A DNA stretch of 64,000 nt from the NCBI GenBank assembly GCA_034189385.1, contig JAXHVD010000010.1, positions 84,794-148,793 of the forward strand, written 5' to 3'. Both the position numbers and the translations under genes were made by a program. Shown one piece after another: positions 27,438 to 36,838 of the stretch. The DNA is from Thermodesulfobacteriota bacterium (lineage in GTDB: Bacteria > Desulfobacterota > Desulfobacteria > Desulfobacterales > C00003060). Below the pieces are notes generated by a model that was given only the letters and a program-made list of their open reading frames with translations, did no database searches and was not told the DNA's origin. Numbering within the stretch: position 1 is the first letter of the stretch; every line of letters starts with the position of its first letter.

Positions 27438-28226
27438 CTACGATGCCCGGGGGGCCACCTCCGTGTAAGCATAGGCGCTGTGGTTGTGAATGCTTTCAAA
27501 GTTTTCGGCTTCCACGCTAAAAGAAACGAATCGTGCGTCTTTTGTCAACTTGTCGGTCACTTCTCTTACAACATCTTCCACAAACATGGGCCGGCTGTAC
27601 GCCTGTTCAGTGATGAATTTCTCGTCCTCTCTCTTTAGCAAGGCAAAGACATCGCTGCTGGCCGAGGTTTCAACGATCTCGATGATCTCCTCAATCCAAA
27701 AGAAATCCTTAAAAAGGGCGGTCACGGAAACGATCCCACGCTGATTGTGAGCCCCGTGGCTGCTGATCTCTTTTGAGCACGGACAAAGGGTACAGACTGG
27801 GACCCTCACACCGATGTAAAGCTTGCGTTCGTCTCCTCTTATTTCGCCCACATATTTGCATCTGTATTCCATCATGCTGGGAACGCCGGACACAGGCGCC
27901 CTTTTCTTGATGAAATAAGGAAAGCTGATCTCCAGATTGGCGGCTGGGGCCTCAAGGCTTTTCTTTATTCTGTCCAGCATCTCAAAAAAGGTCTTCAGGT
28001 TCAGGTCGGCACAATAGTCGTTTAAGACCTCCACGAACCGGCTCATGTGGGTTCCTTTGAACCTGTGGGGCAGATGAACATACATGTTCACCGTGGCCAC
28101 CGTGGCCTGGGTCTTGTTGGTCCTGTCCAAGACGTTCATGGGATACTTGATCCCCTTGATGCCCACCTTAGTGAGGTCTATATTGCGATAATCTGGTTGG
28201 CTTTGAATATCCTTCATCTCTTTCAT
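27438..28226 (-). CDS. folE2: GTP cyclohydrolase I type 2 (FolE2)
   Basis: DIQS, KGTHMSRF, TLCPCSK, GAHNQR, LLKREDEK, FVEDVVR, ESIHNHSA. Confidence 0.93.
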   Translation of the reverse strand: MKEMKDIQSQPDYRNIDLTKVGIKGIKYPMNVLDRTNKTQATVATVNMYVHLPHRFKGTHMSRFVEVLNDYCADLNLKTFFEMLDRIKKSLEAPAANLEISFPYFIKKRAPVSGVPSMMEYRCKYVGEIRGDERKLYIGVRVPVCTLCPCSKEISSHGAHNQRGIVSVTALFKDFFWIEEIIEIVETSASSDVFALLKREDEKFITEQAYSRPMFVEDVVREVTDKLTKDARFVSFSVEAENFESIHNHSAYAYTEVAPRAS

Positions 28227-28227
28227 T

Positions 28228-28427
28228 GGTAACGTTCAAAAGTTGAGGCAAACTCTCTTAGCACGCAGTTTAAAGGATAGGGGGGATCGCTGAACGTAGG
28301 CATACAGCCATTTCCCTCGACACCAATGGTATGGGCTACTTAAAGGCATTGGATGTCGAAGAGAAGCGATTCGCCCTGTCCGGAATCTCTATTTAGAGAT
28401 ACACTGTCACAACTTCTGAACGTTACT
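28228..28427. mobile_element. 200-bp MITE with ~22-bp terminal inverted repeats and an 8-bp target-site duplication
   Basis: GTAACGTTCAAAAGTTGAGGCA ... TGTCACAACTTCTGAACGTTAC (19/22 match); direct repeat CTTTCATT at 28220-28227 and 28428-28435; internal hairpin at ~28311-28363. Confidence 0.85.
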
Positions 28428-28605
28428 CTTTCATTAGTCCGGCCACAACGACGTTTCTGAGTTCGGCTTTTAGCAGAATGCCCACATATGTCAACTTGAA
28501 TCCAAAAACCCTTGACGGCACAACTGGTTCTGTGGAAGGATTTGGCGGCCTTTCGGTGGGATAGGTGGAGACAGAAGATGGGGACTCAGAACTGGAGGCA
28601 ATGCC

Positions 28606-29292
28606 ATGGCAGTAAACATTGTTGATAAGATCGGTGGAGACGTCAAGGTAAGAAATGTGATTGTCAGTGTGTCCGACAAGAGTGGACTGGAAAGCTTTGT
28701 TCCCTCGATGCTGGAGATTAACCCGGACGTGCGCATATACTCCACGGGCGGCACGTACAGCAGGATACAGCAGATCTTGGGGGATAAAGCCGACAAATGC
28801 CTGACCCCTGTGAGTCAGTACACGGGCCAGCCTGAAACCCAAGGGGGACTGGTCAAGACTCTTGATTTTAAGATCTATCTCGGGTTGCTTACCGAGACCT
28901 ATAACAACGCCCACCAGCAAGACCTTGAAAGGACCGGCGCCGTTGCCATAGATATGGTGGTGGTAAACCTCTATCCCTTTAAAGAGACGATATCTAAAGC
29001 CGGCGTCACCGTGGAAGAGGCCAGGGGCAACATCGATATCGGAGGCCCCTGCATGATCAGGGCCTCGGCAAAGAATTTCATCCGTGTTGCATCGGTGGTA
29101 GACCCTGGGGACTATGGCGCCATCATCTCTCAAATGAAGGCTGGTGACGGCAAAATCCCTTTGGCGCTTCGATATGAACTGGCCAAGAAGGCCTTTGAAC
29201 ACACTGCCGTATATGATCGCCATATTGCAGATTTCCTGGCAAGCAAACCGTTCGGCGATGTGCAATCCTGTTACCAAATAGTGGAGGGCTAG
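28606..29292 (+). CDS. purH: stand-alone IMP cyclohydrolase (MGS-like N-terminal half of PurH)
   Basis: SVSDKSGL, STGGT, GLVKTL, VVNLYPF, IDIGGPCMIRASAKN, TAVYD. Confidence 0.88.
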   Translation: MAVNIVDKIGGDVKVRNVIVSVSDKSGLESFVPSMLEINPDVRIYSTGGTYSRIQQILGDKADKCLTPVSQYTGQPETQGGLVKTLDFKIYLGLLTETYNNAHQQDLERTGAVAIDMVVVNLYPFKETISKAGVTVEEARGNIDIGGPCMIRASAKNFIRVASVVDPGDYGAIISQMKAGDGKIPLALRYELAKKAFEHTAVYDRHIADFLASKPFGDVQSCYQIVEG

Positions 29293-29296
29293 GACG

Positions 29297-30547
29297 ATGG
29301 CTGAAGATCTCAAGAAGATGTACAGGACCATTATGGACGACCATTTTTCGCCCAACATGGAAGTAGCCTTTGTGGATGGCGACAAGCGCCAGACCCTGTT
29401 CTACGAAAAGGTTGCCTGGGTCGTGGACGACGTGCAAAAGGGCCTCCGGTATGGAGAAAACCCGGGCCAGGAGGCCGCTCTTTACCGGCTGGTTAACGGA
29501 AATTTGGTCCTAGGCGACAGCCAGACCATCCAGCCCGGCAAATACCTGGCTTCTGACGTAGAACTCCTTCAATCGGGAAAACACCCGGGGAAGACCAATG
29601 TCACCGATGCTGACAATTCCCTGAACATCTTAAGGTACTTCACGGACAGGCCCACGGTGGTCATCGTAAAGCACAACAACCCTTGCGGGGTAGCGCGAGC
29701 CGATTCCTTGGAAGAGGCCTATGTGAAAGCCAACATGGCCGACCGTGTAGCGGCCTTTGGCGGCTGCATTGCCCTGAACCAACCGGTGGACAAGGCCACG
29801 GCAGAAGCCATTAGCCAACAATACGCCGAAGTGGTGGTCGCCCCTGATTTTGAAGAAGGGGTCATGGATATCTTTACTAAGAAGAAGAACCTCCGGGTCA
29901 TCAGGATCTCTAATATTGGCCGCCTGCAAACCTTTGTGGGCGAGCGCTGTGTAGAATTCAAGAGCCTTATAGATGGAGGCATCATCGCACAGTGGTCTTT
30001 TGTCCCTCAAGCTCGGACAAAAGAGGATCTCACACTGGCCGAGTGCGAATACAAGGGCAAGACCTATCGTATCAATAGGGCGCCCACGGACCACGAGTAT
30101 CGGGACCTACTCTTTGGATGGCTGGTGGAATCGGGAGTTACGTCCAACTCCGTCATATACACCAAGAACGAAGTCACGGTGGGGATAGGAACGGGTGAGC
30201 AGGACCGGGTCGGCGTTGCCGAGATAGCAAGGGACAAGGCCTACCGAAAGCTGGCGGACCGATACTGCTTTGAAGAACTAGGGATCCCCTACAATGAGCT
30301 TACGGACCAAGCAAAAAAGGAAGAGATCGATAAAAGAGTCGCCCAAGAAAAGGGCGGTCTCATCGGCGCGGCCATGGTAAGCGATGCCTTCTTCCCCTTC
30401 CGGGACGGCGTGGACGTGGGGCTTCGCCAAGGGGTCTGCGCTGTGATCCATCCCGGTGGTTCGCTCAACGATTATCAGTCTATCGAGGCCTGCAACGAGG
30501 CCGACGCCACGATGGTGTATACCGGCCAGCGCAGCTTCAAGCACTAA
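29297..30547 (+). CDS. purH: stand-alone AICAR transformylase (C-terminal half of PurH)
   Basis: LRYGENPGQ, VKHNNPCG, AAFGG, EVVVAP, SNS, SDAFFPFRDG, HPGGS, RSFKH. Confidence 0.88.
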   Translation: MAEDLKKMYRTIMDDHFSPNMEVAFVDGDKRQTLFYEKVAWVVDDVQKGLRYGENPGQEAALYRLVNGNLVLGDSQTIQPGKYLASDVELLQSGKHPGKTNVTDADNSLNILRYFTDRPTVVIVKHNNPCGVARADSLEEAYVKANMADRVAAFGGCIALNQPVDKATAEAISQQYAEVVVAPDFEEGVMDIFTKKKNLRVIRISNIGRLQTFVGERCVEFKSLIDGGIIAQWSFVPQARTKEDLTLAECEYKGKTYRINRAPTDHEYRDLLFGWLVESGVTSNSVIYTKNEVTVGIGTGEQDRVGVAEIARDKAYRKLADRYCFEELGIPYNELTDQAKKEEIDKRVAQEKGGLIGAAMVSDAFFPFRDGVDVGLRQGVCAVIHPGGSLNDYQSIEACNEADATMVYTGQRSFKH

Positions 30548-30697
30548 ATCGCAGGCCCGTGAGAGTCTCGTGGAAAGGATGTGCCGAGCTGATTTGATAG
30601 GCAGAGCCATTGCGGCGTACCTGCCTTTGTCGTCCATTTCTAAGGCTTCGTGCGCCTTGTACCTGAAGCCTCAAGGCATGTAGCATGAAATGTCTCC

Positions 30698-31981
30698 ATG
30701 ATTTCTTCCATTGACGATCACCTGTCCGCCCTCTACCGGTTGCGCCGTTTCGGGATTCAGCTTGGACTGACCACCATCTCTCGCCTCATGAAGGGCCTGG
30801 GCAACCCTGAGGATCAATACGCGTGTATCCACGTTGCCGGCACAAACGGCAAGGGGTCAGTGGCCTCCTTCCTCTCCTCAGTGCTGGTCTGTGCGGGCTA
30901 TAAGGTCGGTCTTTACACATCCCCCCATCTTATCCGGTTCAATGAACGGATCCAGATCAACGGAAACTCCATTTCGGACAACGACGTGGCAGGGGCCGCA
31001 GAGGCCGTCCAACGGATCTACACGCAGGGCGAGCCCCCTACGTTCTTTGAGTGCGCCACGGCCATGGCCCTTTATCATTTTGCCGTAAAAAAGGTGAACT
31101 GGGCCGTGCTGGAAACCGGCATGGGCGGGCGGTATGACGCCACCAATGTGGTCCGTTCCCAAGCCTGTGTCATATCCAACATCAGTATGGAACACACCGA
31201 ATACCTCGGCCACACCCTTAAAAGGATCGCTGCTGAAAAGGCTGGCATCATAAAGGAAAACGCTGGCGTTGTGACGGGAACGCGACAAAAATCTGCCCTT
31301 CAGGTCATTGAGCAGGCAGCAACAGAAAAAGGAGTGCCATTGCTCAGGATAGGAAAAGAGATCAAGGTCCACAAATCGACCCATGGCCGCTTCACCTGCC
31401 TGGGGAAGGCCCATACATGGCAAGGATTGAAAGCAGGGCTTCTTGGCGATCACCAGATGATCAACGCAGCCCTGGCCCTCGGGGCCTTGGAGCTCCTCAT
31501 GGAAAAGGGCCTGGAGGTAACCGATGAGGCCATCTACAAAGGCCTTGCCCAAACCCGCTGGCCCGGCCGTCTGGAGGCGGTTTCAACGGATCCTTTTGTC
31601 CTATTGGACGGCGCTCACAACCCATCGGCAGTGAAGACCCTGAAAGCATACCTGAAAAACCGCGTGGTGTACCGGCGGCTAATTCTGGTTCTTGGCATCC
31701 TCAAGGACAAGGCATGGAGGCCTATGCTGCGAGAACTCGCCGGTATTTCCCACCGCATGATTCTCACCAGACCACAATATGAGCGTGCTGCCGATCCTGC
31801 AGACCTGTCATCGTTTGTCCGTTGCCTCAAACAAGACTTCGTCGTTATACCCCATCTGGTAGATGCCATATCATTGGCTTTGGATGAGGCGGGCCACGGG
31901 GACTTGGTGTGCATTACCGGGTCTCTCTACACAGTGGGCGAGGCCAAGGCCTATTTCGAGAATTCTTATGCTACTAGCTGA
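30698..31981 (+). CDS. folC: folylpolyglutamate synthase/dihydrofolate synthase
   Basis: HVAGTNGKGS, YTSPHL, ETGMGGRYDATN, EKAGIIK, WPGRLE, LDGAHN, TGSLY. Confidence 0.95.
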   Translation: MISSIDDHLSALYRLRRFGIQLGLTTISRLMKGLGNPEDQYACIHVAGTNGKGSVASFLSSVLVCAGYKVGLYTSPHLIRFNERIQINGNSISDNDVAGAAEAVQRIYTQGEPPTFFECATAMALYHFAVKKVNWAVLETGMGGRYDATNVVRSQACVISNISMEHTEYLGHTLKRIAAEKAGIIKENAGVVTGTRQKSALQVIEQAATEKGVPLLRIGKEIKVHKSTHGRFTCLGKAHTWQGLKAGLLGDHQMINAALALGALELLMEKGLEVTDEAIYKGLAQTRWPGRLEAVSTDPFVLLDGAHNPSAVKTLKAYLKNRVVYRRLILVLGILKDKAWRPMLRELAGISHRMILTRPQYERAADPADLSSFVRCLKQDFVVIPHLVDAISLALDEAGHGDLVCITGSLYTVGEAKAYFENSYATS

Positions 31982-32594
31982 TACGTATGCGGAAAGGATT
32001 GACTTCATAAGATATCTTCCTCAGACTGATTGCGGCGCCTGCGGGGAAAAAACCTGTGAGAAATTCGTCCAGGCTTTGAAGGAAGGGAAGCAAAAACCAG
32101 AGGATTGCCCTTACATATCCGAAGGTCTCTACTACTCCTTTCACGCGGCCCTGAACGCTGATAACCTTTTGCCCTCATTCCCTTGCCTAACAGATCCCAG
32201 GCCCGGGCCTACAGGGTTGGTGGAGATCAACTCCCCTGGCGAGGAAAGTCCTCTCCTTGTCTCTGGCAATCATGTGCATACGCAAGATGTGATGATGGCT
32301 GTTCTCAGCACCACAAGGAGCCCCTTTTTCCTCCTTTTCACAGACACAAGGGGAAACACCGTGGACATGGCCGTCATCTATGAGGCGCTGACAGCCGAAC
32401 AGATCAGGAAGGATCTTCAAAGTTCACAGGTCGTAGAAAAGATCTCCCACCGGGAGATCATCATCCCTGGACTGGCTGCCGCCCTTGGCCGTGAGCTGAG
32501 ACAATCAACAGGCTGGAACGTTATTGTCGGCCCCGTCTGCGCAGCAGAATTGCCGCTTTTTCTGGCTGACCGATGGCTCCCACCTGGCACGTGA
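31968..32594 (+). CDS. FeS domain + corrinoid-binding (AcsC/CdhD-like) domain protein without the TIM barrel
   Basis: LPQTDCGACGEKTC...CP; SPLLVSGN, TDTRG, SHREIIIPGLAA, GWNVIVGPVCAAELPLFL; overlaps the folC stop. Confidence 0.75.
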   Translation: MLLADTYAERIDFIRYLPQTDCGACGEKTCEKFVQALKEGKQKPEDCPYISEGLYYSFHAALNADNLLPSFPCLTDPRPGPTGLVEINSPGEESPLLVSGNHVHTQDVMMAVLSTTRSPFFLLFTDTRGNTVDMAVIYEALTAEQIRKDLQSSQVVEKISHREIIIPGLAAALGRELRQSTGWNVIVGPVCAAELPLFLADRWLPPGT

Positions 32595-32642
32595 TGACCA
32601 TTGCCCGCACTTGCTGACGAAGAGGCTTTTCTTCTTCCTGAC

Positions 32643-33443
32643 CTATTTCCCCAACAGGCCTTTCATCTTGTCCGTCACTGCTTCGAGTTCCTCTTTGGCC
32701 CTTTCACCCACAGCCTCCGCCTTCTTTTTTACACCCTCTCCCAGCGAACCCATGTCCACACCTAGGGCCTTTAGCTCCTGATTCAGGTGTTTGGTCACTG
32801 TTGGAGACGTCATCTCGCCGTAGAGCGCCGCAAAGATCTGTTCAAATACTTCTGAAGGCGGGGCGCCCCCCTTTCCCACATCTTTCAGGTGGATGTCCGG
32901 CAGGGACGCACTTATGCTTTTTTCTACGAGCCCGGGCAGGGACAGGGCCAGATTTACCTTTCCACCCTTCAAAATGAAGTCTCTAACGAGGAGCTGCTTG
33001 CCATCCCCTTCTTTGCCGGTCCCCTTGCCCGAGGGCCCACCTTCACCTGTGGTGCTTTTCAAATTCTTCAAAATCGTCTGGAAGTTGTCCGTTCTCGCTG
33101 TCTTCTCGTAGGTAATCTCTGGGCCAAGCACTTCTATCTTGTCAATAATGATTGTGTCTCCGGTAAGGGACCCCTCATCCACATCCACATGGATGGAGCC
33201 AACCTTCATGGCCTCCGGAGACTTAAATCCCTTGGGGTTGCCCAGATACAAGTCCTTGAGGGTGGCCTGCCCGGAGAACAGGGACAGGCCCACGTCCCCC
33301 AGCCGTACCTCCGTGTGTGTCATTCTCGGTCCATAGGTGTTCACCGCATTCTTCATGAGGGGACCCAGGTTGGAGATCCCAAGAAACAGGAAAACCACAA
33401 TGGCAATCACGACAACAGCACCCACCATGATCCATTTTTTCAT
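32643..33443 (-). CDS. AsmA/DUF748-like membrane-anchored protein
   Basis: N-terminal TM segment; LGNPKGF, IIIDKIEV, LPDIHLKDVG. Confidence 0.7.
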   Translation of the reverse strand: MKKWIMVGAVVVIAIVVFLFLGISNLGPLMKNAVNTYGPRMTHTEVRLGDVGLSLFSGQATLKDLYLGNPKGFKSPEAMKVGSIHVDVDEGSLTGDTIIIDKIEVLGPEITYEKTARTDNFQTILKNLKSTTGEGGPSGKGTGKEGDGKQLLVRDFILKGGKVNLALSLPGLVEKSISASLPDIHLKDVGKGGAPPSEVFEQIFAALYGEMTSPTVTKHLNQELKALGVDMGSLGEGVKKKAEAVGERAKEELEAVTDKMKGLLGK

Positions 33444-33556
33444 GATTCATCCTCCTCTCCGCCCATTTGGAAGCTTCTGTTTTCGTCTCTGGTAAAGGAT
33501 TTGCCGAAAATGTGCTCTTTCCCTTTCAAACATAGGCGCTCAGCTACTCCATGTCA

Positions 33557-33634
33557 ATTGAACCCTCCCCTTGGCCAGCCGCGGGGGCTGCGGTAGCTCT
33601 CCTGTGGAGAATGCGCTCGCTTATTCGGTTCAAG
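33557..33634. repeat. REP-like element, copy 1
   Basis: ATTGAACC...GGTTCAA ends; ~50-bp core CGGGGGCTGCGGTAGCTCYCCTGTGGAGAATGCGCTCGCTTATTCGGTTCAA is repeated at 55216-55267. Confidence 0.8.
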
Positions 33635-33764
33635 TAACACCCAAGTCTGCAGAACCCATAGGTCCCCTTCACCCCGACAATGGCGATCCGATCATCGGTT
33701 TGCCCGGATTCAGTGCAGACTTTCGATAAAACGTAACGTATGGTGAGTTACAAATTTGTAATAA

Positions 33765-33859
33765 AGGGGCTCGCAAAAGGTCCTTTGCCAAGGATATTGA
33801 GCGTTTTGGGGAAAAAGCACTCACAAAGAGAGCAAAATGAACTTTTTACGACTTCATCA
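33765..33859. repeat. MITE-like element of the same type as the outer element at 2655-2816
   Basis: TCGCAAAAGGTC ... GAACTTTTTACGA imperfect inverted repeats. Confidence 0.55.
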
Positions 33860-34340
33860 ATACAGACAGCCAAAGGATAATGAGACCGCCGCAGATGGGC
33901 CTTTCGCGACTGCCTCCTGGGAACACCACCGAGAGACGAGGCCTCCACACGCTCCTGCTCCAAAGGAACACTGGGCCTATGGATTTCTCCTCTGTTGTGC
34001 AGCCTGGACTGCAATCTGTCTTCTTGGGTGTCGTGGCTACCAGGCCACCATGGCACAAAAATTGCTGATCCCTCTTAGGAAATCGTCCGTGGGTATACAC
34101 AGGTTCTGGCACTGCCCGAATAGTCCAAGAGGTCCGCCGAAGGATTTTTGGATGCTGGAGACAGTCTGCCGAGGTCCACATGAGACGATGTGATGGGTAA
34201 ACCCAAAAGGACAATAGAAGAGAACAAACCAGCACCACCTTTCCCTGGAGCAGAGAATCGACCACCCATGGCCTTGAGGTCTTCTTTGCTTTTCTACCAA
34301 CCCCAAGCATGATGGCACTAAAATAGTCAAAAGGAGCGCC

Positions 34341-36446
34341 ATGGCAAGCAGACGCCAACCCAGAAAGTGGACCTTTCGGCACCTCTACACCGTCATCTTT
34401 GGGTTGACATCTATCCTCCCTCTTTTGCTCTTTCTCTTTGTCGTGGAACACTATGGCATCGTTCAGGAGCCCAAAGTCGCCTTACTATTGGGCACCAGTC
34501 TGGTCATCGCCCTCATAGGGTTTGTGTTCTCGCTGCGCATTGTCAGGCAGGTCAAGACCTTGGCCCAAGGTTTCATCAAGGTGAAACGGGGCGATTTGAC
34601 TCATCTGGGTGAAGGCGCTACAACGAGCGACGTCAGCGAGATGTTCCATATCGCGGATTCCTTTAATGAAACACTAGCCCAGCTGAGAGCCCATACGGCA
34701 GAGTTGGAGAGTCTTTCTGGCAAGTTCAACGCCCTGAGTGAACTGGCCAGAATGGTATCTAAGATACCCAATACCCCAAAGGTCCTCCAAGCTGTTCTCC
34801 ACAGGACCATGGCCGCGCTCAATGCCACGGCTGGTTCTGTCATGCTTCTAGACGATGAAACGCAGACCCTCAAGGTTCTCTGTGCCGAAGGCCTAGATGA
34901 ATCTGTTGTGACTGAAACCATTCTCAAATTGGGGGAAAGGATTGCCGGCAAAGTGGCCACGTCCGGTGAAGCGGTCGTGGTAGAAGACGTGGAACAGGAT
35001 CCCCGATTACAGATTGCTAATAACCCGAAATACGAAAGCACATCTTTCATTTGCATGCCTCTTCGGGCCCGTGGCAAGGTCACGGGGGTCCTAAACCTCT
35101 CGAAACGAGGCAATCGGCAGGCTTTTAGCCGGTCCGATTTGACCTTTTTGACGAGTCTCCTCGGCCATGTAGGTTTTGCCGTTGAGAACGCAAGACTTAT
35201 AGAAGAAGCCAAAGAAGCTGCAAGGAAGCTGCGAGAGGTGGTCAACAACCAAAGCCTGAAACTGGATAAGGTGAGGAGGCAAGTGGAAAACTCCACCAGA
35301 CTCCTTCAGCAAGCTCAGAAGATGGAGGCCATTGGGACCCTTGCAGGGGGCATTGCCCATGATTTTAACAATCTTTTGTCTATCATTCTGGGCAATGTCT
35401 CCATGGCAAAGGAAGACCATAACCAAGATGATGGAATCTCTGATTTTCTGAGTCAGGCCGAAGAAGCATCCCTGCGCGCAAAAGAGCTTACCCACCAGTT
35501 GATCACCTTTTCCAGAGGAGGAGTCCCGGTCAGGAAAAGGGCCTCCATAATAGCATTGCTGGAGGAATCGGCGAGTCTTGCGCTGGCTGGTTCTGACGCA
35601 AAATGTGATTTCTCCATTGCCGAGGATCTTTGGGCAATTGAATATGATGAAAGCCAGATGAGGCATGTGATCATGCATCTCGTCACCAATGCCCGCGAAG
35701 CCATGTCTGATAGGGGCACCATCAGGCTATCTGCACGGAATCTCATTATCACCGGAGACGAGATGGACCAAACCCTGCCCATTCAACCAGGAAAGTATGT
35801 GAAGATCTGCGTCCAAGATCAAGGAGTGGGCATCCCTGAAGAAGACCTCCCTAGGATATTTGATCCCTATTTCTCAACCAAAGAGCGAGGCTGTCAGAAG
35901 GGCATGGGGCTGGGTCTGGCAACGGCCTATTCCATCATCAACAAACACGATGGACACATTGCTGTAGCATCGAAACCAGCTGTTGGAACCACCTGCAATT
36001 GCTATCTTCCTGCCTCTGATGGAGAGACCGCGTCGAAAAGACGGGCAGAAAAGAAGGGCCATGCTACAAGAGGCAAGGTCCTTGTCATGGAGGATGAGCG
36101 GATGCTCAGAACGCTTGCAGGCCAGATGCTGAACCGTCTCGGATATGAGGCTGAGCTTGTGGAAGAAGGTGATGAGGCAATTGTGCGATACAAAGAAGCC
36201 ATGGACTCCGGTGACCCCTTTGATGGGGTCATCTTGGATTTAAGTGTTAGAGACGGTATGGGAGGAAAGGAGGCCATTCGAAAGTTGAAAGAGATGGACC
36301 CTGACATTAAGGCCATCGTTTCCAGCGGTTATTCCGACGATCCCGTGATGACAGATTGGAGGAAATACGGTTTTGGCGGAGCCATGTTCAAACCCTATAG
36401 ACAAGAAGACTTGACAATGGCATTACGGAGGCTCCTGGCCAAGTAG
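34341..36446 (+). CDS. membrane hybrid sensor kinase (TM-HAMP-GAF-HisKA-HATPase-REC)
   Basis: two TM segments; GAF (CMPLRARGKVTGVLNL); GGIAHDFNNLL; FDPYFSTK; GLGLA; receiver domain with VILD and SSGY. Confidence 0.9.
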   Translation: MASRRQPRKWTFRHLYTVIFGLTSILPLLLFLFVVEHYGIVQEPKVALLLGTSLVIALIGFVFSLRIVRQVKTLAQGFIKVKRGDLTHLGEGATTSDVSEMFHIADSFNETLAQLRAHTAELESLSGKFNALSELARMVSKIPNTPKVLQAVLHRTMAALNATAGSVMLLDDETQTLKVLCAEGLDESVVTETILKLGERIAGKVATSGEAVVVEDVEQDPRLQIANNPKYESTSFICMPLRARGKVTGVLNLSKRGNRQAFSRSDLTFLTSLLGHVGFAVENARLIEEAKEAARKLREVVNNQSLKLDKVRRQVENSTRLLQQAQKMEAIGTLAGGIAHDFNNLLSIILGNVSMAKEDHNQDDGISDFLSQAEEASLRAKELTHQLITFSRGGVPVRKRASIIALLEESASLALAGSDAKCDFSIAEDLWAIEYDESQMRHVIMHLVTNAREAMSDRGTIRLSARNLIITGDEMDQTLPIQPGKYVKICVQDQGVGIPEEDLPRIFDPYFSTKERGCQKGMGLGLATAYSIINKHDGHIAVASKPAVGTTCNCYLPASDGETASKRRAEKKGHATRGKVLVMEDERMLRTLAGQMLNRLGYEAELVEEGDEAIVRYKEAMDSGDPFDGVILDLSVRDGMGGKEAIRKLKEMDPDIKAIVSSGYSDDPVMTDWRKYGFGGAMFKPYRQEDLTMALRRLLAK

Positions 36447-36563
36447 CACATATGATCTTACAGGCTCTCCCCCCCTGTCCCCCCATCCCAGACCACCTTC
36501 CCCCCACCCCACTCCGTGAAAGCCATGTAAAGAAAGGATGGACTTACGCCCAATAAGGAGGGG

Positions 36564-36695
36564 GCACTGGTGTCAGTTTCCAATTTAGTCCCGACGAGTT
36601 GGGATTCGCAAGGTCAAGAAAATCAATGGATTGCGCGGGATCCCCAGGGGGGGCGGGACGAAATTGCGAAAAGGGGTCATTCATAAATGGAAACC
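36564..36695. repeat. MITE/REP-like palindromic element, copy 2
   Basis: close match to 89-218; AGTTTCCAATT...AAATGGAAAC ends. Confidence 0.8.
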
Positions 36696-36838
36696 AACTG
36701 GTCTTGGCCAGTTCTGGAATAGGCCTTTTGTCTGCCAATTTCTGGAAACGTGTGGTCTCGGGGCCATCCCTTGGGCCCTTTAGGAGACCATGCCTCTTTG
36801 ATAAACACTGGCTTTATGGTAGCATAAGAACTGGACTC

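Noticed and set aside
28440..28605. ZTP (pfl) riboswitch expected upstream of purH or folE2
   Set aside because: I could not find the conserved GACTGGCG/CGCCTGGG elements on either strand, and the nearby structure is explained by the MITE. An Infernal/Rfam scan would settle it.
31968..32594. hgcA mercury methylase
   Set aside because: No N(V/I)WCA cap-helix motif, no C-terminal TM helices and no adjacent hgcB
33837..34340. several overlapping ORFs upstream of the hybrid kinase
   Set aside because: No RBS or recognisable motif; they partly overlap a repeat element; treated as spurious
36599..36838. N-terminal 80 aa of the 574-aa solute-binding ORF
   Set aside because: It reads through repeat family A; the signal peptide begins at the ATG at 36839
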